NCBI GenBank assembly: GCA_036172245.1
Contig: JAYWIR010000004.1
Span: 3,162,001 to 3,226,000, forward strand
Reading direction: 5' to 3'
DNA length: 64,000 nucleotides
Source of the DNA: Raillietiella orientalis
Lineage: Eukaryota
The notes under the pieces are model-generated. The model made no database searches. It worked only from the letters and a program-made list of their open reading frames with translations, and had not been told where the DNA came from. How positions within the stretch are numbered: position 1 is the first letter of the stretch; each line of letters starts with the position of its first letter. This document shows positions 14,501 through 25,999 of this stretch, piece after piece. A program made the translations under genes and the position numbers.

Positions 14501-14986
14501 CCGGAAACGATAGTTTTAAATAAGCATGGTACAAGGAATATTAATCGCTACATAGGTCACTCTACTTTTCCTATTATTTGCACATAATAAGCATAAAACA
14601 AAATTGGAAACAATTTTGGTTACATTACGTAACCAAAGTTTAAAAACTTATAACATTTTCATACCTCTAGAAGACGCTGTTATATGTAAATGAAAACGAG
14701 GAATATTAAGCATTAGGGAAGCTTTGTGAACAGCAGAATCGAGACTTCGTTGATTTGTGAATAAATTGGGATCATGATAATATATATCCCTGGAATTAAA
14801 TTCAATTGCACTCGGAAGCACTGAATTGGTATAAATTACCTTTTTGTGCTGAATTCGTTATTTACAAGTAATTTATAAATGAAAGATAGGACTTTTATAA
14901 TCAGTGCGAAGCTACGAAGAGAACGCAAAGACTTGAACATCACAGTTGTCTCTTTCGAATAATTCTCTGATAAGGTTAAACCATTT
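2516..14986 (-). CDS. SPO11: Meiotic recombination protein Spo11 (Topo VIA-like); six exons found, 5' exon(s) not located
   Basis: Exons 14986-14840, 14789-14665, 12795-12578, 11316-11179, 4831-4643 and 2635-2516 join with consistent phases. Motifs: STKR-DIYY (catalytic Tyr), GLIAG, IIEKDATFQKL, IT-GRGFPDLSTR, DADPYGIEI..VYKYGS, LKWFGILPSE, KKAEIQ; TAA at 2516-2518. Confidence 0.93.
9392..9475 (+). repeat. Possible degenerate tRNA-derived SINE head
   Basis: A-box-like TAGCTTAATTAGTGAAACA and B-box-like GTTTCAAATCCC at tRNA-like spacing; no cloverleaf can be built. Confidence 0.2.
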
Positions 14987-16199
14987 CTAGAAATTTTAAA
15001 AGTAAATTTCATAAAATGTTTTACTCAACTTGAAACATATTAATCTTAGCAATGCAAGAATTAAAAATAAAAGTTTAATATAGATCAATATTCATATGAC
15101 AATACAATTGGAACTTGGAACTCACAAAGACAAATATCTTTTGAACTATATTCATGGAAAATTAGCTCAAGGAACGCATTACTAATCCACAGAAATCAGC
15201 TCATCTCAAGGGCTTGCATTTGTTGGACAAACACTATACAAATACTTTCCCAAGTACTGTAACTGATTTACTACTTTGCACTCAGACAAAGTTGGAATGT
15301 AATAACAACTGATATAATCGAAGATGACAAGAAGCATTTCATCATCTCTTTGCATTTGGTGGAATTTTGTTTTGAAATAACGTTGCTTTGAGATGGAAAC
15401 CTTCTATTTGTTCATTTGTAAAAATTCGGAATTCGTTATATGTGGCAAATATTCTTTACGGTTTGAGAAAAATAACAATATAGCATTAACATCACAACGG
15501 AACACCGTGTATTTGCTTAATTTTGTGAATATTTAAAGCTGAATTTTCATTTAATCATTTAAAATATGACATCCTCGATTTCGTGGCTGATAGAAGATTA
15601 CAAACATTCGGAAATGTGTAATGAAAAATCCTTGTTAACGAAACGAAAACAAAGATACAACAAAATCTTTTTTCATTGGAAAGTGAAGTATTTCAATTGG
15701 GGTTTGCAGATATTCACCAAGCAGGAAGAAGAGGGGGGAAAAAATGAATAACATGAATTACATTATAATGTGATTAAAGCATCCCCTGATTCATTTATTT
15801 GTAATATCAGTTAGTTGATTCGGAAGATTTGCGCAACATTCGGGACGATTATGGATCATGAGAAGCCTTAGGAAGAAGTGATTCAACACAGGTAAATACT
15901 AATAGGGATTGATATGGCGATACTATGAATTCCAGCCGTAACAGAACATTTTCATGCATCATTGAAGTTTCATGAAATTACAGCCGAACATTATATTCCA
16001 AATTCACACAGGTAGAACGCAATCGGACGTTTTGAAACAGAGTGGAAAACTGTTTCAGTTTCGTCACCCCTTGCAAACCGAATAACGTGAATGATAATGA
16101 GGATCCGTGATAATTCGACTGGTTTCAATTACAGGATTTCGAAACAATAATCTTTTAACTGCAAAGCCAGCATAATTTTAAGCATTTGGAAAGTAAAGT

Positions 16200-19050
16200 G
16201 GGAAGTTTGTTGTTTTCCAGAAACAGGTACAAGCATTGAGCAAAGGAACTGCTTTTCTCTAAAGCAAATTGCTTCGATTCATTTTGTTTTGCTCACAAAC
16301 TCGGAAACTTTCGGCGCATTCCTGAGAATGTAAAACACACACATACGCACGCAACGTTATTTGGTTTTATGCTTTGCAAATATACGTAATTCAAGAACTT
16401 ACAAAGGAGCAAATGTCACGTCTTCCCAATGGGCAGATCTCGGGATCTGTATAACTGGTGGATCTCCTTGAGCTAGTGATACGATTGTCCTGTAGAAAAC
16501 AGCTTCGATTTTTCTTGCAGTTTCCTTCCTTCACAAAGAAAGGTTCCAAATACATAAAATGCAATGTGAAAATTTGTGCAAAGAGAAATCACAGCCTTAC
16601 TGGGTAATAATCAAAATCGTGTCAAAAAAAAACAAACATTAAAAAAAAAAGAGACTATAAACTCTTGAGCTTTATTGCCAAAGATATTTCTGCTCATAAG
16701 AAAGATTAATGATGATGAATCGCTCATAAATTTCCTAGAAATCTGGATGCATTTAGGGAATTTTCTGCGAATGTTTTCACCAACACCGACCTGTTCTTCT
16801 GAAATTGTCTTCCTCCCAGTTTTCCTCAAAATTTTTTGTCGTTTCTGCTTATTGCAACTACAACCCCCTTTTCATTGAATCAAATGGTATTAGAAGATTC
16901 GAGTAACAGTACAAAAAAAAGATATTAAGCTTTAAGCTGACTGAAGCTTGAAAACTCTCCAAGCACAGACGATGAAGGGCTGCCTGAAAGAAGGGATGGA
17001 AAGAAGAAGAATTTAAACTTAAAAGAAGGAAAATTTAAACTTAACCTGCGTTAAACTTAACGCAGGTTTGTTTGTCAGAAAGCCAGTGGCACAAATTTGC
17101 ATGGTCCTCGTGGCAGGCGCTAGTCCATGTGTACGTGACACTTGCTCGTTGGATTTTTACAAGAGAATGCAAAAAAGAGAATGAACCGTGCAAAAACAAC
17201 CCAAAGGGAACTTTGTACGACTGGTGCAAAAATATCGCGGATGGCAACTACAAGAAAGTCAGCAGAAGGAAGCCAAACTCGAGGAGTAATAATCTTTATA
17301 TATAAACAAAAAAGAGGTGTTGTTCATCGAAAATATTTATATTTGCCTGAATGATTCAGAGGTGGAAGCGAGAATCATCCCAGACTTGGAGTAAAATCTG
17401 TTCGTTTAAGGGAAACTGTTCCCTTGTGAACCATGTTATGATGTCAAAATAATCATGATGTACTTCATTATTTCATTATTAGAGAGAGATCTCAAGCATG
17501 AGATCATCTCAGCATGTTATCTGAAAATCGCCTAGAAGAAATAAGAAAATTTGTCGCTTTATTCATTCCATAACCAGTCCTGAAGATCTGGAAAGACGAG
17601 AATCACGTCTTTCGAAGAGACAAAATAAAAGCACAATAGGAAAAAAGTCAGGTATAGAGGAAGAAATCTGCTGATGGAAAGCAAGATCAGTACAATTCTT
17701 ATGATGGAAAGATGACATGGCCTTTCGCCCTTATGATTCCATCAGTTTCAAAAGTAAACATGAAGTCAAATCATTAACAACACGTCCGAATTGCAAGCTT
17801 TGAAGTATTCGAGAGCAAAGATAAACTGTGAATTCTCAAATCAGATCAAACGATTCAGAGGTTTGGGAACAAATAAAGACAAAGTGGGCTCATATAAAGA
17901 ACAACAAAAAACCCTCTTGTTACTTTCATCACCTTGTCAACAGAGATAATATTCATATTTCAATAAACAAGAAATTCAAGTGCAAAATTTATTCTGCCAC
18001 TACGTGGGAGATTTTTACGAGTTTCAATTCGCTTTGTTGCTGATTTTTTTGGATGATTAATTCTTTAACGTATAAAGCAAGTTTATCCATCCTTTATGCT
18101 TCGTCTTTTCTTCCTTGTATTGCTTGTGGTAAAGATTAATCGAGAAGGAGACATAACAACAAGTTTGAATCAAGTCTTTAGACACCTTTTGTTTATAAAG
18201 CAAATCTCGTTGAAAAGAATTGGCAAAAAATGCTGCTATATGCCCTAGAACATAAGATTCCTCCGAAATAAGTGGGGAAAAGACAATTCATGAAAGTATG
18301 GACTGATTTTTCTAAGCAAACAAAGTTTAACCGAATAACAGAACTCCAAGATTTTCCTTATGCAATTCCACAGATCAGTGCAACACACTGATTGTTCAAA
18401 ACCCTACTTCTTCATACTTCATACTTTTCCTTGGAAATTTCGGTTGATGGTCACTTTTGTTCCTTTTCTTTGCAAGCTTCTCCATGTTTTCAAAGCATTC
18501 TGCAGTTTACGAACAAGCATAATAAATCAGATTTTACCTGTCATATTGAATTTTGCCTGATTTCACGCAAGTGCTCATCTTGCAAAGGAGACATGCACAA
18601 ACAATACTTGGCACTGATGTTCTTATGAAATTTTTGACTACATGGGTTCATTTGGACCGAAGCAGAAAAGTCCTAGGCCTATCGTTGCTTTTTCTGAACC
18701 TGTCAGGGTCTTAAATGATGAAACCTGTTAATTATATCTTTTAAATCAAGATATTAAAAAAAACTAATTCTTTACTATCTCTAATGTCATCATTACTTTT
18801 GTAAATGTGATGAAATTTTCGTTTTATGCTTTTTTGTTACGAATCATATAATTGCTCCAAAAGCACATCGTAAAAGCAATATGAGATGCTACGTAATGAA
18901 ATTTACAAAATTACAAAATAAGAAATCATGAGAATTGACTACAGCCAAAAAAATTAAGCCTAGTAAAAGTTTGTGAACAATATTCATCGTTTTAAGGCTT
19001 TTCAATTTGTTTTGTAAATTTGCATTTTTGGTTTCTGCATATTTTTCTGT
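16200..19050 (+). mobile_element. Decayed L1/Tx1-like LINE ORF2 (RT to C-terminus); boundaries approximate
   Basis: Frameshifted remnants in LINE order: EQMSRLPNGQI (~16410, like DQxGFxPGRSI), RGRNLLMESK (~17657, like LxGRxxL), QDF-LMQFHRSVQH (~18348, resembling QDDLLMFYHGG of the 61.3 kb element). Confidence 0.4.
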
Positions 19051-19299
19051 TAACTTTGATAAAAAATGCATTCAAAAAATGACAAGAACCGTAAATAATT
19101 CCTACATAATTTGATCTTGATTGAAGTCTTCTGCGAGATTCTTCAACGTTCCGTTTGCGAAGGATGGAGAAGGATTACCCTCGTGATTAAACTTTGCCTT
19201 AATCTATTGACTTGTGCAGCCTAGCAAGATCACAGGTAAGTCACGAGCAGTCGAAACAGAAAAAATAATGCAAGTTTTCATATGCATGGCAATCAAAAT

Positions 19300-21930
19300 C
19301 TGATCACATTAGGATCAGATCACGGAAAAATGTGGGTGTTTGTCAAAAAAAGCCGGCATTGAGCAGCTACCTGTGTTTTCATTGGAACACCTGAACTGAG
19401 TCTTGAATCTGAGTCTTGATTAATCGAATCTCTTTTGGAAATCTGAGTTAGTTTTGTGACACAATGACTCTTACATACATACAGTTCGAGTCTTTTGGGC
19501 CCACTTAAACTCTCCAGTGTGTTCATTAGTCCTAAGATCAAGAGTAACTTGTAAGCAGAGCACACAAGTCTCAGAAAATTGAATTCTTACTGATATGCAA
19601 AGTACAGTTTATGCTCAGCGTTACCAGCTTTTCTTGTGCTGAGAATTCTAACTATCGAACATCTGGCACGATGAGGAAATCCTTCATAGAGTTCCAATTG
19701 GTCCTAACCGGCTAAGAAATCTCTCGTTCAAACTCGTTCTTGGATCCAAAAAAAGGGATGCACAAAATTTTACAAGAATTGGATCCTGTGCTCTCAGAAT
19801 TGTACCTCTGGCTTGTTCTTTGATTGAAGATCATTGAGCATATGATAAGATATCATATAGTAAGACAGTGCAAATGGTGGCTCATCATCGTCATAGTAAA
19901 AAACGAGCTTTACTGCTGACACACTAGATAAAGCAGCAATAACAACCATGAGAATTGAGATGAGATTTCTATTTGCAGCTCACAAGACACCTCGCTTGTA
20001 TTTTTTTAGACCAAGTATTTTTTCCTTCATAAGCAGCGTCTCTCTGAGTTACTGCGTTGCCCAGTTTCCTCACACAAAGGTCTGAACGCAGCATCGATGT
20101 TCGCCTCGCAGCTTTTTCATCGAAAAAAAAAAAAAATCCGACAAATGGAGGACACTAAACAAGCCCAAGAAAGGATCCAGTATCCCCGAAACCTTCCAGG
20201 ACAAATAAATAAGAAGAAGACACAGAATTTTCCCGAATGTCCTTTGAGTATTTCATGATGGAACAGACGCCTCGATTCTAAAGAAACGGCCTTCCATTAG
20301 AGGGACGAACTAGGGAGTGCTCTTTAAACTCGCAACGTGTGGCGATTCCTCTTCGTGAAACGAGATGGAACGATAAGTGGTTCAGTCGCTCGCACCTTCA
20401 AGTTGCTAGGAAGCCACAAGAACCAGAGGAATGGCCTGCGGCTCTAACTGAGCTCTGAGGTGGCACACAAGTGAAAGGAATCGCTGCTGCTCCAGCAACC
20501 GGCGACGAAGGTTCCCGCCACATTTTATTCATGCTTTTGTTTCACAGATCATGGGCCTCGGGGTGCATCCCAGGATCAGTGGAGTTGTTACCGTCTTCAC
20601 TACCTGTCTGTCTTCAACCTTCTCATCCTGCACTCGTGCCTGTGGTCTGACGGGGTTTCTCCATCTCGGCTAGTAAGACGGCATGTTTTCCTAGTCCATC
20701 TCCCTGCAACAGCGTATGCTGGGCACACCATTCCCTCCTGATGCCTATCCATGGATCTCTTGGGACATCTCTAGTTCTTTTGGCACTTTGTTAGCTTTCG
20801 TGACCTTAGAGATCCGACGAACGTCGCCCTTACGGATGCAGTGACTCTTTCGCTGGAGTCAGCGCTTTCCTTCGCCGGGGAAAGGGAAGGACGGGGTGAG
20901 GAGTTTAAAGAATTAAAAAAAAGTCAACCTGAACGAGACGTCGTCCTTTCTTTTGGTTCGTCGAGTGCTCAAGAACCATTCTCCTGGAGCCCAGGAAGCC
21001 TCTTCAGCACTGTTCCACGCCACACGAGGATGTGGATGTTAACTCTTCAAGCTAGGGGGTACCCTGGGAGGGGACCACCCTGTGAGTCCAGGGAGGCTCC
21101 AGAGGAAGGAATCTTCTCCTTTCACGCTTGGTAGGGAACCCCGAAGGGATCCTCTTCCTTATTCTCTGCGGAGGGACCTCCGAAATGGGTCCGTTCCTGG
21201 TTTCCTCCTCTGAAGAGAACCCGAAGGGACGTTTCCCAGTTTCTCTCTGAAGGAGACTTCCCGAAGGGAGCAGAGAGCTTCTTCCACATTCTGGAGGAGT
21301 ATCAATCCACCAGTTCCACGGTACGCGATAGGGGGTCCTCCTCCCAAGGGGGAAAGACAACTCCATTTTTTCATTCGGTGGGGGAACCCCGAAGGGCTCC
21401 TTGATTCCTGGAAGGACCCCGGAGGAACAATTTCTAAATCCCGGCAAATCGACAAGGACATGCGGCTTCCAGCATTGCCGCACCCGAACAGGCCAATCAG
21501 CGTCATCCTGCGAGGAGGACTCTAAACCCACGATGCACCCTTCGTTCTCGTCTTCGATCTTTCCCCCGGGTGGGTTTCCCCAGAGCTTGGTGACACGCAC
21601 TCAGACCGCGGCCACACGGCCTCCAGCGCGGATCCACAAGGCCTTCAACCCGGACTTCAGCTCCAGCTCCATATAAAGGGATGTTGGGCGGAGGATGACG
21701 GCATCCCGTACTTCATTCGTTGGTGAAGTCCGAGCCGATTTCCTTCGTCTTTGCCCGGGAGCAGAAGTTTGCATGAGTCTGCGACATGAGAAAAACTCCA
21801 AAACTATGAGCAGAGAATAGCTCATAGAATAGAATAGCTCACAGAAGAGCACCTGAATTATGAGCAGCTGCTGTTCAGGAGAAGGCCTGGGTAGCAGAAT
21901 GTTCTTTATCATGAGAATAGCAGCTCACGG
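19300..21930 (-). mobile_element. Decayed non-LTR retrotransposon: ORF1-like region, repeat array, AP-endonuclease remnant
   Basis: GC-rich. Long frames 21912-21601 and 21600-21052 are separated by a single stop. Downstream lie a GD motif (~20825) and TPSDH (~20645), typical of APE domains. Homologous to 53210-53990. Confidence 0.45.
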
Positions 21931-21949
21931 TGCTACATGGCATCCACGA

Positions 21950-24900
21950 AACGCTTCGCTGTCCACTTCTTCACTCGATTTCGGACAAGAAGGAAAATCA
22001 AAGATGCACTTGCTTTCCCCTCCTAGCTCTGGATCATTATCTAGGGAACCGGAGATGAAGATGAACAAATCAGAGAAGGTAGCGGAAAATCACAAGCGGT
22101 CTTCTCCGGTTGAGCTCCCAGCTACTCAAAGACCTCGAGAACCACAGAGATCATGACCCATCCTCTGCAAATGTCTCTTTCCAGTATTTCAAAAATGAAT
22201 GAACACGCGATTTCTGACAAGAGTGCCATCTGGGTATGCAATGAGTCCTCATTTGCTTATTGGTGCTCCTTACAAAAGACCACCACCACGGCATTGCATG
22301 TCGCAGTCTCCCTTTGAAATCGCAAGTTTGTTTCCGGTTCTGCTCGTCCAGTTAGGGGATCTTCCCTTTAAAGCTATTCTAGAACGACAAACTCTTTGCG
22401 TCGATTCTTGCAGAATATTCGAACCTGCAACTCCGGGTGCCACACGCGGAGACCGTAACCATATGGCCTCCGATCATCCTTTGAGAAGGAAAAGTGCTAC
22501 TGGCATCACAAATCACAGAGCTCGCGAACCCTGTGCCGGCCTTTTTTTCTGGGAAAGCAGTCCAGCCAGGGAGGCTCTCAGCAGCTCCTAGAGGAGTATC
22601 CTTGGTTTTCGTGGCTAGGTTCCCCATGTCTCCTCCTGGAAGAGGCCTTCCTGGAGCGAAGAGCTTCTGAGGGCCGAACCGGTTCGTTAGCAAGGAACAT
22701 GCACCAGAGCGCGCGCTTCTTCGTGCCGCCAACATAACAGACTCAACAAAGGGTTTTCAAAAAAAAAAAAGAGTCTGTCGAGCTTGGCACCTATCTGGCG
22801 CGTCACGAGGGTGGTTGTCACTCGCTTTCTTCGAAGCCATCATGGAACCGACAGAATGCTCCGCAGCCCACAGACAACTGGTAGTTCAGTGCGCTTAGGA
22901 AAGCCATTTGTCACAAGAGTTGTGTCTTTGAGGAGTTGTTCCCGCGCGGGACTGATCCACAATTCCAAGTCGGATTTCCGTTCTCAGACGCATCAGCTCT
23001 TCCACAGAAGATTCCTGTTCCTTTATTTGTTCACGTCCCCGCACGTCAGAGGCAGCATTCTGTTTCCTTTTTTTTTCTTTTCCTTCCTGTCTAGTGGCGT
23101 TGTAGGCAAGACAGTTTTCCCGCGCAAACTGCAAGAAAGCTAAGTCAAGGAATTCCTCATGGGATTTCTTCGCGTCAAGAGAAAGATGTCACGAGTAATG
23201 CCATGAGTTGTCACTGTCGCGTGATACGTTGTCGCAGCAACAGATAAACTTACAGAATTATGGCCACTAAGAGAACTATAACGACAACACCGTCGGAAGG
23301 GGAGGGGGAGTGTTCACCTACTTTATCCCCCAGGAGTCGGAACACAGATTCGGTACCGCCTTCCCAGGTTGTCTCTCGGGGAACGCCCCCAATAGAATGG
23401 CCAGAGCTGGTCACGCGGCACAAGCTTTTTGCTCTGAATCCTCTTCAGACCTTAGTCGGAAAGCACTTTGAAACCGATGCGATTCCCACTCTATGGGATT
23501 CATCGTTCCGTGCCATTATGGCTGCGTCCATCACTCTCGACAGCAAGCGGTTCGTCGCAAGCAGTCCCTCGTCTCAATAGAGAAAAGCAATTGCCGACAC
23601 TCTGGCATTGCTCGTTTCATGTCGGGATGTTGACTTCCTGCTTTTCTTATCATTGGATCAGGCTCTCCATCTGGAAAAGATCTGTGGTTCTTGTATAAAT
23701 GTTTCTGGCCTCAGCATTCCATGTGGTCATGACCAAAACCATACAGAGGCAGTCATCTGGAAACACTCCGAATCCTTCGCGGAAGAGACACTCAAAGCGA
23801 TTTTCTTGCAAGTCCGAATGATGTTAGTTTCGTTTCTTCCTCCGCCATCTACTGGCCTGCTATTCTCTTGCTACAACCTTTAGGGATGATGGCAATATTT
23901 GGTTCCTGGTGGCTCTTAGAGTTACCGGTTCTCTTATATTTCTCGTGGTAACTGTGAGAAGAGGGCATCTGTGACGTGAGACTTTAATCTCTTGTTTATC
24001 CAGAGGATAGACTGGAGATTAAGATGGGAAAAAGATGGGAATTCGATCATGTCATCAGTGCCAAAAATGGGACGAAACCTCATCGCGAATTTTAAATCGT
24101 TGATGGAGGCACTTTCCACTCTGCAACAGGAAGAACACTTTCATCGACCACATCAATAAGTTCATGCGAGGCTGGTGAATGATTCTGTCCCTCATCCAAA
24201 GGACACATGGATTGAAGTCGTCGCTCCGACCTGACCTCGTTCTGATAAAAGCGAACCGCGTGACCATACCGGGACACATGCTGTTGTTTAAAAGCACTAC
24301 GGCCGCGTTCCAGAAAGCTCAGGAAAGCATTCATTCGTGCTTGTGTTTTACAGATGATGCGCCTCAGGGCTCAAGCAATAGTCATTGAGTTCCACACCAT
24401 CTTCACTGCCTGACAGTTCACTCTCCACTCATGTCTGAGGTCTCAAGAAGGTTTTTTCATCTTTATCGATGCTCGATATGTGCCTTTGGTAGATCTTCCT
24501 GGATTAGCGCATGCTGGAGCACGCCATTCCCTACTGACGTCCCTCCATCGATCACTTGGGCATCCTGAGTTCTCTTGGCGCTCTCCCGTTTGCCCGAGTC
24601 CGGGACCCTAGGAATCCTACGACGATCTCCGTGACGGACGGATGTTGGGGCTCCTTCGTCGGCAATGTGAGGAGCCAATCTGTTACCCTCCTTCTTCTGC
24701 CTCCTCCAGCACCCCAGCGGAAGAATCGTCCTCCATCCGTACTTTCCCGTCGCCCTGGAACAGCGGATCGAGTCGTAATGTGGGATCACGTTCCGGGAAT
24801 AGTTTGACCGGGGTCAGCCAGCTCCCACTGTTCTCGTGCAACCGCCTTCGTTTCAGGATACCAATTCGTCGCGCCTCTCCGTAGCCGTGCTTTCCTTTTC

Positions 24901-25950
24901 GCTGTGGTGATCGAAGCTGCTGATCCCAGGATTCTTTCCGCACCGCACACCTTCTCCTGCGCGTGCGATCGGCGTCTTACCTGATGGACGCTGCTCCTAT
25001 GGGTGGTAAACGGGGCCCTGAACTTTCGTCGCTGGATAAGAAGTGCTCCCACACACGGCGCTGTTCCTCCTTGCAGGGCAAGACCTCTCTTGACCTGAAA
25101 GCTTTTGGAAGAGGGGAAGCCGCGCGCTCCCCTGGGCCGACTGGAGGTGACTTTCTCCCCCATGTCCTCGTTCCAAGTTGCACCCCTTCTCGTGGTTATG
25201 AGTTCGTTTTCCTCGAAGGTCTATCGCGCTCTAACTTTGGAAAACGCTCCTCTTCCTGCTGTGGGGACGTTGCTGCTGAATTTTCCGTCGGTGGATGGTG
25301 ACACGGGAGAGCCGGAATCTCCTTCCATCGTTGATGAACGCAGCCTCTTTTTCAACACCTTCATTAATGTTTTCCAGGAAAACTCTTGTCTTATGAGAAC
25401 CGCACTTTTTCTCTTACACTCTCAGGAATCCAAGCGTCAGTTTGAGCAGTCGCGTCAGGGTGGGATCTCTTGGGATTCCAAGAAAGACGATGCCTTGCAA
25501 GAGCTGCGAATTCCAAAAACGTATGGCAGCCAGCTGTTTACTGAGTAAACGGGGGGATCACGTGGAAATAGGTGGAACAGTTTCTTTAGGATCACCACCT
25601 TCATCTCTATGTTCTGACCATCTTTTTGTTCTATGCTCACAAGGTCGTAGAGTTGCTTCCTCCGTTCATCGACGTCCGTGTTCTGAGAGTTTTCTTCATC
25701 GGGCCATGTTGCAAGCTATGGCTCCTATAGATACTCCATTGGCTCCATTGGATTTGGGGGGCAACCACAAGGCGCTTCATTTTGTCGAGATGTAGCCATG
25801 GGATCTGCAGATTTCGCATTATCTCTTCATTTGAAGGATCCAGGACCCTATTGAAGCTCTGGTAGTTATCTAAGCGTATGTAGTCGACTGAGACGAAGGC
25901 GAAATTCCTGTATTTGGGCTTCTTCCTTTCTCGAGAACTCCTAAACACAT
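21950..25950 (-). mobile_element. Decayed near-full-length L1/Tx1-like LINE
   Basis: Minus-strand motif order: ORF1-like frames (25948-24560), LIQED (~24500), SDDFN (~24215, like GDFN), a WRPI-like remnant (~23595), GHSI (~23395), GRPLPGGDMG (~22635, like LCxPxxxGGLG). Many stops and frameshifts. Confidence 0.45.
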
Positions 25951-25999
25951 CAGAGAGCTCTCGGAGGTGACATTTTTTCTTCTCTGGCGTGAAACTAAA

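Noticed and set aside
21130..21425. CRISPR array interpretation of the ~40-bp periodic repeats (also 53660-53930)
   Set aside because: Units are degenerate, the intervening sequences resemble each other, there are no cas genes, and the context is a eukaryotic retroelement.
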